DNA from: an uncultured virus (IMG/VR IMGVR_UViG_3300013233_000702)
Taxonomy: Duplodnaviria > Heunggongvirae > Uroviricota > Caudoviricetes
Reading direction: 5' to 3' (one strand)
IMG/VR virus record: IMGVR_UViG_3300013233_000702
Length of the DNA stretch: 64,000 nucleotides
Every line of letters starts with the position of its first letter. Within the stretch, counting starts at the first letter, position 1. The notes beneath the pieces were generated by a model. That model was not told the DNA's origin. It searched no databases and worked only from the letters and a program-made list of their open reading frames with translations. The position numbers and the translations under genes are program-made. This document shows positions 55,281 through 64,000 of this stretch, piece after piece.

Positions 55281-57776
55281 ATGCGGCAATGCGCAACCCC
55301 GACGCCAACCGAGCCAGCCGACGTCTGCAGCGTCGTAGGACTCTCCCTTGACCCCTTCGACGGCCAGACCTTCATAGACTTCGCGGGCATCAAGTGGGTC
55401 TTCGACGGCAGGACCAAGTGCTGGCAGCGCAAGGGTCGCGTCGACAGCGTCCCACTGGCGGACTCCACCACCACCGGCCTGCTCTCTGCACGCGACAAGT
55501 TCCTCCTGGACGGCATCCCACCCGCCGGAGGTGGCTTCGCCATCGTCACCAAGCCGGTCCTCAACATCCCCCAACCCCGTACCAAGCTCAATCCAGACCA
55601 GGTCATCTTCGGAGACGTGATCCTGACCAGCGACTCCCTCGACATAGACTGCGTCTTCGCTGACGGCAGAAAGGCAGGTCCCGGCTGCACGAGGATGGTC
55701 TTCAAGGAGTCCGACGACCAACCGCCAGGGTTCGACCTAAACTTCTCCGAGACCCTCCTGAAGACCCTCTGCGTCGAGATACCAGGCAGCCAGGGGCCGA
55801 GGGGGCCAAAGGGCGTCAAGGGACAGTCCGGCAAGGACGGCACCGGAGACGGACCAAAGGGGACCAAGGGACCGCCTGGGAGGAACGCCACCGTCCGTAT
55901 TCCCCTCACTAGGTGCAGGGTTGAGGACGTAGAGGACGTCTTCGACACGGCCGTGGTCAGGACGGAGCTCCGGCAGGAGCTCGGAAAGCTCTTCCTCACC
56001 AAGGCAAGGATGAACATCAGGGGCGAGGATGCCGCCGCAGAACAGCTCATCGCCACCCGCATAGCAAGGGACGTCAAGTTCACCGGAGACTGCTTCAAGT
56101 ACGAGATCAGGACCATCCCCTGCAGACCCAACGACGACCTAGAGGACCCGGACCCGGTGATAGGATACTTTCCAAATCACTTCGACCAGGACGACGCCGA
56201 CAGGACCTACCAGGTAGCCAGACGCAGGCTCAGCGACCTCGTGAACGACCTGGTTGACCATCATCAAAAGGAACTAGACCGCATCAGTGACCAGTACGAC
56301 GAGGAGCTCGAGAAGTTCATCAAGGAGCACGACCGGGCGGCCAGGACCAAGCTCGACCAGCTCGGAGACAGGCTCGCCGAATGCGAGAACATCACCTACC
56401 TAGAATACTGCCTGAGCCCCTTCGAGTGCAAGGAGGGGCGCGGAGGCCAGAACGTGGTCGTCGACGTCCCCGCCGGCAGGCCCGAGTGTGCAGCGATAGC
56501 CGATGCCCTTGGCAAGACAGGAGCTGACTGCCAGATACTGGACTCGCAGACCCTCGTGGCGACCAACCCCGTCTTCTCCTTCAAGTCCGTGGAGAGGCAA
56601 CAAATTAGCAGCAGTGGCACCACCAAGCCGCCAGGAGCCGGGCTTAGCCCACCAACGTTCACGAAATGCAAGAACAAGGGTGGGTGCTGCATCATAAATT
56701 CGCGAGGACTAGCGCTGCTAATTCCGTTTGGTGGTTTCATCACGCCAGGATGGACGGTGACGAAGAACCGAGCATGTAGTCAGCAGAAGTTTGCCGGCAA
56801 GAAGTTCGCTAGCCTAGTGGCTAGTGGTATAGCGTCTCCACCGCCACGTGTTGAAGGAGTCAATGCTTGTAATAGCAGGCTCCAAGGCTGCGCATTAGCG
56901 GTTGCAGACAACAACAACACCTACCTGAATGCCCTCACCTCCAACCTCAACCGGGGCGTGACCGTGTACAGGAAGTCCCAGTTCCGCTCCGGACCGTCGA
57001 CCACCGAGTTCCCGCCGGGCACCTACGCGTTCGTGTACCTCGGGGGAGCCTTCCGCCAGGAGCGCAACCCAGGAGTGGATTCGGTCAACGAGACAACTGC
57101 GATTCCTGGGCCATTCAACGACTACTGGGTCGGCAACGAGGGCGGAGGGACCGCCCAGGGACCAGTCTTCGTCGTGGACCACGTCAGTAACTCCAGGAGG
57201 CCGGTCACCACTGCAGTCGCCACGACCGAGATAGGGCTCGAGATCGGCTTCGCGCCCACGTCCTATCAGGAGCTGATCCCCGAGGACTTCCTGACCAGCC
57301 ACAGGTATGAGCCCGCAGGCGAGGTCGGCGAGGTGGCCAACCGCATCCCCTACTCCAGGACCGACTTCGACGCGCTGATAACCCCCGCTATGCAGGCCCA
57401 GGAGAACCTCATACAATGGAAGCCCTTCCCGACCGTGCAGGGCAGCAAGACCGACAAGGAGTCGATCGAGTCCGCCTACCTGCAGGGGCTCGTGACCGGT
57501 AGGATGGTCACCTTCGAGACCACCCAGCCCGGGCTCTTCTTCGCCAGGGTCAAGACGGCGTACTCGATACTCACCTTCAACTCGGCCCTCCTGATGCCGC
57601 CGGTCAAGCGAGACCAGAACGGTGACTTCTCGGACAACAGGCCCCTCGTCGCCCTTCTGAGTGACCCCACCCAGAGGTCCAGGATACCGGTCGTCCACGC
57701 CCGACCGGTCGCCGAGGGGCAGGTGCAGGTCCAGGTCGTCAAGGTGGGCGGAGCACCGACTGGACAGGGAGCCTAG
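55281..57776 (+). CDS. putative virion fibre/structural protein with collagen-like segment
   Basis: ADSTTTGLLSARDKFLLDG motif; Gly-X-Y run; Cys-rich. Confidence 0.7.
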   Translation: MRQCATPTPTEPADVCSVVGLSLDPFDGQTFIDFAGIKWVFDGRTKCWQRKGRVDSVPLADSTTTGLLSARDKFLLDGIPPAGGGFAIVTKPVLNIPQPRTKLNPDQVIFGDVILTSDSLDIDCVFADGRKAGPGCTRMVFKESDDQPPGFDLNFSETLLKTLCVEIPGSQGPRGPKGVKGQSGKDGTGDGPKGTKGPPGRNATVRIPLTRCRVEDVEDVFDTAVVRTELRQELGKLFLTKARMNIRGEDAAAEQLIATRIARDVKFTGDCFKYEIRTIPCRPNDDLEDPDPVIGYFPNHFDQDDADRTYQVARRRLSDLVNDLVDHHQKELDRISDQYDEELEKFIKEHDRAARTKLDQLGDRLAECENITYLEYCLSPFECKEGRGGQNVVVDVPAGRPECAAIADALGKTGADCQILDSQTLVATNPVFSFKSVERQQISSSGTTKPPGAGLSPPTFTKCKNKGGCCIINSRGLALLIPFGGFITPGWTVTKNRACSQQKFAGKKFASLVASGIASPPPRVEGVNACNSRLQGCALAVADNNNTYLNALTSNLNRGVTVYRKSQFRSGPSTTEFPPGTYAFVYLGGAFRQERNPGVDSVNETTAIPGPFNDYWVGNEGGGTAQGPVFVVDHVSNSRRPVTTAVATTEIGLEIGFAPTSYQELIPEDFLTSHRYEPAGEVGEVANRIPYSRTDFDALITPAMQAQENLIQWKPFPTVQGSKTDKESIESAYLQGLVTGRMVTFETTQPGLFFARVKTAYSILTFNSALLMPPVKRDQNGDFSDNRPLVALLSDPTQRSRIPVVHARPVAEGQVQVQVVKVGGAPTGQGA

Positions 57777-57777
57777 G

Positions 57778-60700
57778 ATGAAGTTCCCGGAGAACCCCGA
57801 GGACGGGACGATATTCGAGCCAAGGCCCTCCGTCTTCTACGTCTACGAGAAGACCCAGAACCAGTGGACCAGGCTCGGCAACTTCGGCTCCCAGGTGAAG
57901 ACCGCCACGCCCCTCTCCGACGGCCTGATGCCAAGCGAGGACTTCGTCAAGCTCAACGGCCTGATGCTCCCGCCTCCCCAGACCATCATGACTGCGGATG
58001 GGTGCGACGTCAAGTTCGACGAAGGACAGTTCGGCTTCCGCTCGAGCAACGAGGACCTGATCATAGAGCACGAGCTGTCCCTATTCACCGTGGACGGCGA
58101 ACAGCGCGCCGACTGGCACGTCCACGGGGACACCCACGGGATCAACTTCCGTGTGGACCTCGACAAGCTCATAGCCGAGCTCGAGGAGCGGGGAAACCTC
58201 ACGCACCGCAAGTCGATGGGACCGACCGGAGAGCGCGGAGACAGGGGCGACCCCGGCATCGACGGGCTGGAGACCGGTCCTCCCGGAGACCAGGGCGACG
58301 AGGGCACCAACCTACCCTATCCAGGAACCCTCAGGATTGGGACGGAGGACTTCCGAGTAGACCAGGACAACAGGGGCGTAGTGGACGTCCGGGCCGAGAT
58401 CGAGGAAGGAGAGGGCGTCCTCGTGGTCACCAGGGCCAACCTCGGAGACCCCGACTTCTGCCCCAAGTTCCTGAAGCCGTCGCGGGCAAGGTCCAAGTGG
58501 ATAACCGTCGTGGACGAGAGGCCCGTCCACCGCCAGATCCTTAAGGAATGCGGAACCGAATCCTGCGCCGGACCATCGTGCGGAGCGACCACCACCGGCA
58601 CTGCCCAGACCTTCTGCGCAACCAGGCTCCTGTACCTCGACTTCGAACCGATAGAGAAGGCTGTCAGGGCCAGGTTCGACGAGCTCCTGGCCGAGCTCAA
58701 GGACGTAAAGGAGAGGGTGGCGAAGCACTGGCTGGAGACGATGGTGTCCGTCTACGACCAGCAGAAGAGGGCCCTCTGCTGCGCGACGGAGAACTGCGAG
58801 TCCAGGCGGGAGAACCAGAGGCACCGCACCAGGATAGAGGACATCAAGATCCATGCGGCAAGGGACGGCCTCACGGTAGGCATAGACCAGGAGTTCAACG
58901 ACCGCAAGTACGTCGACGCCAACCCCGACAAGGAATGCCCGCAGGACCAGGGTGACCAGGTACTCTCCCCAGGACCAGGTCCGGACGGCGGTCCAGCACC
59001 GGAACCCACCGTAGTCGATCTCACCGTAGACTGCGCGGCGAACTCCCCCGACCTGACGGAGGAGACGGCGGCCAGCATGGACCTGCCCCCAGGAAGGTAC
59101 GAGGTATCGGTGTCCACTTGTTGCTGCTACTCCGTGCGGCCCATAACCGGCCTGGCCTGGCCGGACAACGCCATACAGGTGTCCGAGCAGGAGTGGCAGA
59201 AGGTTGAGAAGGACCAGTCGCTCGTTCCGACCAGGTTGGCCGAGGCATGGCGCAGGAACGAGCCCTACACCTCAGCCGCGACCGTCAGGTGGAACCCGAC
59301 CCCGGACTCCGAGCTGCCAAAGGTGGCCGGAGCGAGGAAGTTCGAGCTGGAGGACGGAACCCTAGTCGCGGTCAGTAACCTGGCGGCGCGGTCCGGGCGG
59401 ACGGTCCAGGCGGTGAACGATGGCCTTGCCTCGGACCCGAGCGCGACCTTCGTCATCGAGCACGTCGGAGGAGCGGTCCTGGCAGTGAATCCGGTTGCCC
59501 ACGGGCTCCAGGCCCTGGAGCGCTCCAGGGCGTTGAAGACCGGCCGGCCCCCGAGTCCTGCGGTGGGGCCGACCGCCGGGAACGAGGGCTCGCTGACGGT
59601 CTCGTTCAAGCTCCTGGGGCCGCTGGAGGGGACCGGAACCGACGTCACTGCCCAGGAGCCCTCGCAGTGCGAGGCCGGCTTCGAGGAGAGCGTGACGGTC
59701 GACTCCGAGGCCAACTCCTTCGGGTTCACGCCGGTGCAGTTCAAGGAGGGCGACAACCAGCTACGCAGCCCGTTCGGACCCTTCTCGGACGACGAGCAGC
59801 GTCCCGTGCTGGTGAACCTCCCTGCCCCTGGACAGTATGAGCTGGAGATAGGCGGTGGTGCCTTCTTCGACGCCTTCACCGTGACCAATTTCCGGGGTGG
59901 AAACCTAGTCGTCACGGAGGAGATGTACGCCGCCGCCGCAGCCGAGGACGAGGACGCCTGGATAGCGGCATGGCGCGGCAGTAGGGACTCGGTGCAGAAC
60001 CTCATCGACGACGACCCGTTCAAGTTCTCCGTGAAGCTTGGGCAGGCCAGCGGGCTCATCAACGACTTCGACACGGTGGAGGCCCTGGTCAGGTCTGGAC
60101 AGACTCCCGGATGGTCGCCTGACGTCCGAAGGCTCCGCCTACTCGCCGCTCAACGAAGGCCATACAACACGGTGGTCACGGCGGTCTACAGCGGCTTCGA
60201 GGACGCGGACGACGACAAGGTGGGGAACGTGGTCATGCGGACCACGGTCCTCGACTCCAGGCCGGAGTTCAAGGTGGATGACCAGTTCGTCCACCGTCAC
60301 GACCCGAAGGAGGGGCCGAAGCAGGACTCCGAGCGGAGCGGCCTGTTCACCCGGCAGCAGGCCGTCGACTCCGGCATCGGCCTGAAGGTGCAGCTGTTCA
60401 CCGCGGGTGGCCAGTTGGCCCTGTTCTTCGACGACAGGGACCTGTACCAGGCGGACAGGCCTCTGCAGGACCAGCCGACGCCGAATCCGAACAGGGGTGC
60501 CGTGTCGGTGACCGTGCGGTGCGTTCCAGACGTCAAGCAGGACTGCGACCGGTCGCAGGTGGAGGTGGTGCTGGACTGTCTCCGGAATTGGAACTCTCCG
60601 AACGCTGTGCAGGTCGCTCTGGAGCCAGGGGAGTACGTCGCGGAGGTGATCGACTGCTGCTGCGAGGTCGGGAGCGGTAGTGCCCGCAGTCCGAAGGCCT

Positions 60701-61494
60701 TCCACGGCAAGTTCTTCGTCGAGTATGACAACGGAAAGGAGACGGCCCTCGGCACCAACGCTCCCCTGGAGGTCGATGGAGTCCTGGAGGATGCCTTCGC
60801 TAGGTACGACAGGAGCACGGTCGCCTTCAGGAACGCCGGGACGAGCATCAGGACCTTCGTCTCGCCCGGAGAGAGGTCGCGCAACTCGGGAGGCACCGTG
60901 AGGATCCGGATCCAGACCAGGGAGTGCTTCGAGACGGCACCCCCGGACCAGGGGACCGGATCCGGTACTACGCTCACGGACCTGACCGGGGGAACGGACG
61001 CCACGGCCGTCGCGGACTTCCTGTGTGACCTTTCCGCCGAGCAGGTCCGGCAGTACGAGTTCGCCTGGATCAACGGCAACTGTTGTGGCTTCCTGATCGA
61101 GTTCGCCGGAACCAAGTGGATCGTGGTGAAGCGCTCCTTCGGGAATGACGTGTCCTGCGGTGGGGGCGAGAGCGAGACCGCCCCGTGCATGCTTGAGGCC
61201 TCGCAGGTTCCGTTCCACCCTGCCATCGCGTTCCCGACGTTCGACGGGCAGAAGTTCCTAGGGAAGCCGTCCTCGGGCTTCCGCCGAATGTTCCGGGACG
61301 TGGAACTGGAGAACGAGCTGGTCTCCAGGCTTAGGCTCGGTGCCTTTGACCTGGCCAAGTCCCGTCAGGGGTTCACGATAGCTCCAGGGAACGTCCTTAG
61401 GGGTCCCATAGAGGATAGGGACCTGGCTTCGGACTTCGCCACCAACTTCGGGTTCGAGTTCGAGGGAATCCTGTTCCCGGTCGAGACGTCGTAG
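57778..61494 (+). CDS. large putative virion protein, N-terminally related to 55281-57776
   Basis: FPENPEDGT start; ATPLSDGLM..EDFVKLNG; Gly-X-Y run; coiled coil; CCC motifs. Confidence 0.7.
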   Translation: MKFPENPEDGTIFEPRPSVFYVYEKTQNQWTRLGNFGSQVKTATPLSDGLMPSEDFVKLNGLMLPPPQTIMTADGCDVKFDEGQFGFRSSNEDLIIEHELSLFTVDGEQRADWHVHGDTHGINFRVDLDKLIAELEERGNLTHRKSMGPTGERGDRGDPGIDGLETGPPGDQGDEGTNLPYPGTLRIGTEDFRVDQDNRGVVDVRAEIEEGEGVLVVTRANLGDPDFCPKFLKPSRARSKWITVVDERPVHRQILKECGTESCAGPSCGATTTGTAQTFCATRLLYLDFEPIEKAVRARFDELLAELKDVKERVAKHWLETMVSVYDQQKRALCCATENCESRRENQRHRTRIEDIKIHAARDGLTVGIDQEFNDRKYVDANPDKECPQDQGDQVLSPGPGPDGGPAPEPTVVDLTVDCAANSPDLTEETAASMDLPPGRYEVSVSTCCCYSVRPITGLAWPDNAIQVSEQEWQKVEKDQSLVPTRLAEAWRRNEPYTSAATVRWNPTPDSELPKVAGARKFELEDGTLVAVSNLAARSGRTVQAVNDGLASDPSATFVIEHVGGAVLAVNPVAHGLQALERSRALKTGRPPSPAVGPTAGNEGSLTVSFKLLGPLEGTGTDVTAQEPSQCEAGFEESVTVDSEANSFGFTPVQFKEGDNQLRSPFGPFSDDEQRPVLVNLPAPGQYELEIGGGAFFDAFTVTNFRGGNLVVTEEMYAAAAAEDEDAWIAAWRGSRDSVQNLIDDDPFKFSVKLGQASGLINDFDTVEALVRSGQTPGWSPDVRRLRLLAAQRRPYNTVVTAVYSGFEDADDDKVGNVVMRTTVLDSRPEFKVDDQFVHRHDPKEGPKQDSERSGLFTRQQAVDSGIGLKVQLFTAGGQLALFFDDRDLYQADRPLQDQPTPNPNRGAVSVTVRCVPDVKQDCDRSQVEVVLDCLRNWNSPNAVQVALEPGEYVAEVIDCCCEVGSGSARSPKAFHGKFFVEYDNGKETALGTNAPLEVDGVLEDAFARYDRSTVAFRNAGTSIRTFVSPGERSRNSGGTVRIRIQTRECFETAPPDQGTGSGTTLTDLTGGTDATAVADFLCDLSAEQVRQYEFAWINGNCCGFLIEFAGTKWIVVKRSFGNDVSCGGGESETAPCMLEASQVPFHPAIAFPTFDGQKFLGKPSSGFRRMFRDVELENELVSRLRLGAFDLAKSRQGFTIAPGNVLRGPIEDRDLASDFATNFGFEFEGILFPVETS

Positions 61495-61502
61495 ATACCG
61501 GC

Positions 61503-62066
61503 ATGATCCGGATAGTGACCTCTCAGTTCTGTGCCCTGGCGCACGACGAGAAGTTCCAGGAGTGGCTAAGGGCGGAGGCGGAGGACCTCATGGCCGACCT
61601 CCTTGGACATCTGGAGGCGGGTCATGGCTGCCGCTCGAACCGTCAGAAGATGATAGAGGTCTACGAGGTCCTGAAGTCCAGGAGGAAGCTGGATGGGCTG
61701 ACGTCCTTTCTTCGCTCGAACTATCCCTTCATGCTCCGCGAGGAAGGGAAAAGGGTGGCAAGGCGCAGCAACACCAAGCGGGGGCATGATGGGAGGCCGG
61801 TCTTCGCGAGGTACAGGCCTGGGCTGCTGACGTTTCCGCACAAGACGGTCCTCATGAACGACAATCCGGTCGCGCTGCGCCGGGACGCCCTCAAGTTCTG
61901 CAGCAGGATGGTGGGGTGTGACTGGGTGATCGTGGGGAACGCGGCCTTCATCGAGTACTTCAAGCCGCAGTACGCTGCGGAGGCAGAGCAGGTCACGGAC
62001 TCGCAGTACGAGGTCAAGGAATATAGGAGGAGGCATGGCCAGAGCACCCGTCGTGCACAAAGATAA
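61503..62066 (+). CDS. hypothetical protein
   Basis: 187 aa ORF in operon orientation. Confidence 0.7.
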   Translation: MIRIVTSQFCALAHDEKFQEWLRAEAEDLMADLLGHLEAGHGCRSNRQKMIEVYEVLKSRRKLDGLTSFLRSNYPFMLREEGKRVARRSNTKRGHDGRPVFARYRPGLLTFPHKTVLMNDNPVALRRDALKFCSRMVGCDWVIVGNAAFIEYFKPQYAAEAEQVTDSQYEVKEYRRRHGQSTRRAQR

Positions 62067-62355
62067 CTATATGAACGCAGTGACGACGATACGGAAGGTT
62101 GTCGGAATACTCGAGTCGAGCTCTCCGGACGTCAGGCTGGCCGTGAACAAGCTCCAGTCGGTCCTCGTCTCAATGGAGGGCTTCATCAAGTGCCCAAAGT
62201 GCGGCTCCAAGGACGTTCTTATCGGCAACGGGGAGGACCCGAACCATTGTGCGGACTGCGGAGAGGAATGGGGCCCTCACGACCATTCCGGAGACGAGAA
62301 GAAGGAAGAGAGAGGCCTGAGTGCGCGCCTGGACTCGGCCCTGGCGGACATATGA
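62035..62355 (+). CDS. Zn-ribbon protein
   Basis: KCPKCGS...HCADCGEEW; GGAGG RBS. Confidence 0.7.
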   Translation: MARAPVVHKDNYMNAVTTIRKVVGILESSSPDVRLAVNKLQSVLVSMEGFIKCPKCGSKDVLIGNGEDPNHCADCGEEWGPHDHSGDEKKEERGLSARLDSALADI

Positions 62356-62500
62356 ACGATGGACCTGGCAGCAGGCATGCGTTGCCCGATGACGAACTCC
62401 CCAGAATCGACCCAGAAGAGTTCGACAGGCTAGTAGATATGGTGGCCGAGGACTGCGCCAGGTTCGAGGTAGAGGAAGGCGAGCCTGACTAGGAGAACGC

Positions 62501-63286
62501 ATGAGCACCCTGTTCGCGCTATGTTCACGGATGGGGGACGTGCTCTGCGGCGTCCCGACCGCAGTCGAGCTGGCAAAGACCCACGACCTGCATTGGCTGA
62601 CCCTCAAGAGATACTTTCCCCTCATTCCACCCGGCATCCTCCCGGTCGCAAGCCGCGAAACTCCACATGGCGAGATTCCGCGCGACGCGGGCAGCAGATA
62701 TGACCGCGTGATAAACGCGCAGCCCATGTGGCACCACGACGAGTGGGTGAGGAGCAGGAAACACGTCCTCGAGCTGATACCGAAGTGGGCCGGAGTGATC
62801 CCTCAGTCCAGGAGGATAACGGTCCACGTGCCGCCGACCACGGTATCGGCCGTGGACCAGCTCAAGCTCGCACCGAGATTCGTCGTAGTCTGCAATAGTC
62901 CGTGCTATAGCTGCAACAACTGGCCTCCGCAGCACAGACAGAGGGTGGTCGACCACCTCCGTTCGCGCGGCCTGGAGGTGGTTACGGTCGGTGGCAGGGA
63001 TGGAATGCCCATGGCCCGATGTCGGAACCTCCACGGCAGGACGAACATGCTCGAGACCGTGGAGGTCGTGCACAGGGCAGTCCTCTATGTCGGCCCGGAC
63101 ACCGGCTGCACGTGGCTGGCCCAGGCGGCCCACGGCACGAAGAAGATATGCCTACTGGACAGGATGAGGTTCCGTCTAGGCGTGGTCGGGTTCGAGAAGT
63201 ATCTGGACGGCGACGAGACCAGGGACGTCCTGTACCAGGACCCATGGGGCAAGCTCGCAGACCTGATCTCGTGGGCGCTCCAGTAG
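62501..63286 (+). CDS. glycosyltransferase family 9 (heptosyltransferase-like)
   Basis: SRMGDVL; NWP; NLHGRTNMLE; YVGPDTGCTWLAQA. Confidence 0.85.
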   Translation: MSTLFALCSRMGDVLCGVPTAVELAKTHDLHWLTLKRYFPLIPPGILPVASRETPHGEIPRDAGSRYDRVINAQPMWHHDEWVRSRKHVLELIPKWAGVIPQSRRITVHVPPTTVSAVDQLKLAPRFVVVCNSPCYSCNNWPPQHRQRVVDHLRSRGLEVVTVGGRDGMPMARCRNLHGRTNMLETVEVVHRAVLYVGPDTGCTWLAQAAHGTKKICLLDRMRFRLGVVGFEKYLDGDETRDVLYQDPWGKLADLISWALQ

Positions 63287-63321
63287 TTCAAAGATACGTG
63301 GTGAATCCACGGAGGACGACC

Positions 63322-63882
63322 ATGACCCTTGAAGAGACGTTGAACGACATCATGGGACGCAGGAAGCTCGAGGACGAGGACGGGCGTCTCAAGTGCCGGT
63401 CCGAGCTGAAGCCGGTCAAGGCCCGTCAGGAGCACATGGCACCCGTGCCGGGAGCCGAGAACAAGCCTCTGGACGTCAACGTCAACCTGCACCGGGAGAG
63501 GGTTCCGTTAAGCGACGATGTCCATGTCGACCAGACGGTCATCGGCGAGGCCAGAGACGACAAGGCCAGAGACGACGAGCGCGAGGACGACCTGATGCCG
63601 GACGACGAGGACCTGATGCCGGACGACGAGGACCTCATGCCGGACGACGAGGACCTCATGCCGGACGAAGGAGGAGAGGCGGAAGGAGAGAAGGAAGACG
63701 GCACGCCGCAGGGGAGCGGGTATGACCTCAAGATGGCAAAGGGACAGCTCGACGGAATCCTCGAGAAATGGATGGACATCGCAGGAACCTATCCGGACGG
63801 CTCTAAGCGCGACGAGTTCATGGAGATCGGAGAGAGGCTCCGCGAAATATCCGGGGTACTGCAGAGGGACTTCCTGGAATGA
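63322..63882 (+). CDS. acidic protein with DDEDLMP repeats
   Basis: GGAGG RBS; 21-bp tandem repeat, about 4 copies, at ~63585-63668. Confidence 0.75.
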   Translation: MTLEETLNDIMGRRKLEDEDGRLKCRSELKPVKARQEHMAPVPGAENKPLDVNVNLHRERVPLSDDVHVDQTVIGEARDDKARDDEREDDLMPDDEDLMPDDEDLMPDDEDLMPDEGGEAEGEKEDGTPQGSGYDLKMAKGQLDGILEKWMDIAGTYPDGSKRDEFMEIGERLREISGVLQRDFLE

Positions 63883-64000
63883 GATTCGAACAGTTCCTAC
63901 GGACGATCCTGCTGGACGAGGAAGAGGCAAGGAGGATCCCAGGCCTTCCGGCCTCGCGGGACCCGCTTGCCCCCATGCGCGACAAGCAAGAACTGTCCAT
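63879..64000 (+). CDS. partial CDS (MRFEQFLRTILLDEEE...)
   Basis: ATGA overlap with the upstream stop; open to the window end. Confidence 0.6.
   Translation, partial: MRFEQFLRTILLDEEEARRIPGLPASRDPLAPMRDKQELS

Noticed and set aside
1..64000. tRNA/rRNA genes, transposases and alternative genetic code
   Set aside because: None recognised by eye; conserved genes are intact in the standard code. A tRNAscan/ARAGORN run is needed to exclude tRNAs

Overview
GC-rich segment that reads as part of a large (probably jumbo) dsDNA phage genome. It has bacterial Shine-Dalgarno sites, no core host genes, phage-type accessory genes and virion-like proteins at the right end. A Ycf46/DUF1257/DUF2997 gene set hints at a Planctomycetota-like host (inference). 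There are three zones. (1) 1-3.6 kb, + strand: small genes built as cassettes and separated by four complete type I hammerhead ribozymes, a recurring GCCC-GAAY-GGGC hairpin before each RBS, and dense TTTCC-N5-GGAAA palindromes. (2) 3.9-50.8 kb, almost all - strand: about 25 paralogues and fragments of a DUF4116-like 22-aa repeat family sharing an 'MDLxxLxxxEI' N-terminus, plus PolX, a LigD phosphoesterase, NAD-dependent and ATP-type ligases, MoxR-type AAA with a vWA partner, Ycf46 AAA, an SF2 helicase and a divergent sigma factor. A GC-rich bipartite motif (TTGCG-spacer-CCACGG, fixed spacing) punctuates this zone and looks like a non-canonical promoter. (3) 50.9-64 kb, mostly + strand: split HldE (ADP-heptose) genes, a GT9 glycosyltransferase and large collagen-containing virion-like proteins. 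The most notable candidates are the ribozyme-punctuated cassette array, the promoter motif with its possible sigma factor, and the expanding variable-repeat family. All protein calls come from motif recognition by eye; no searches were run.
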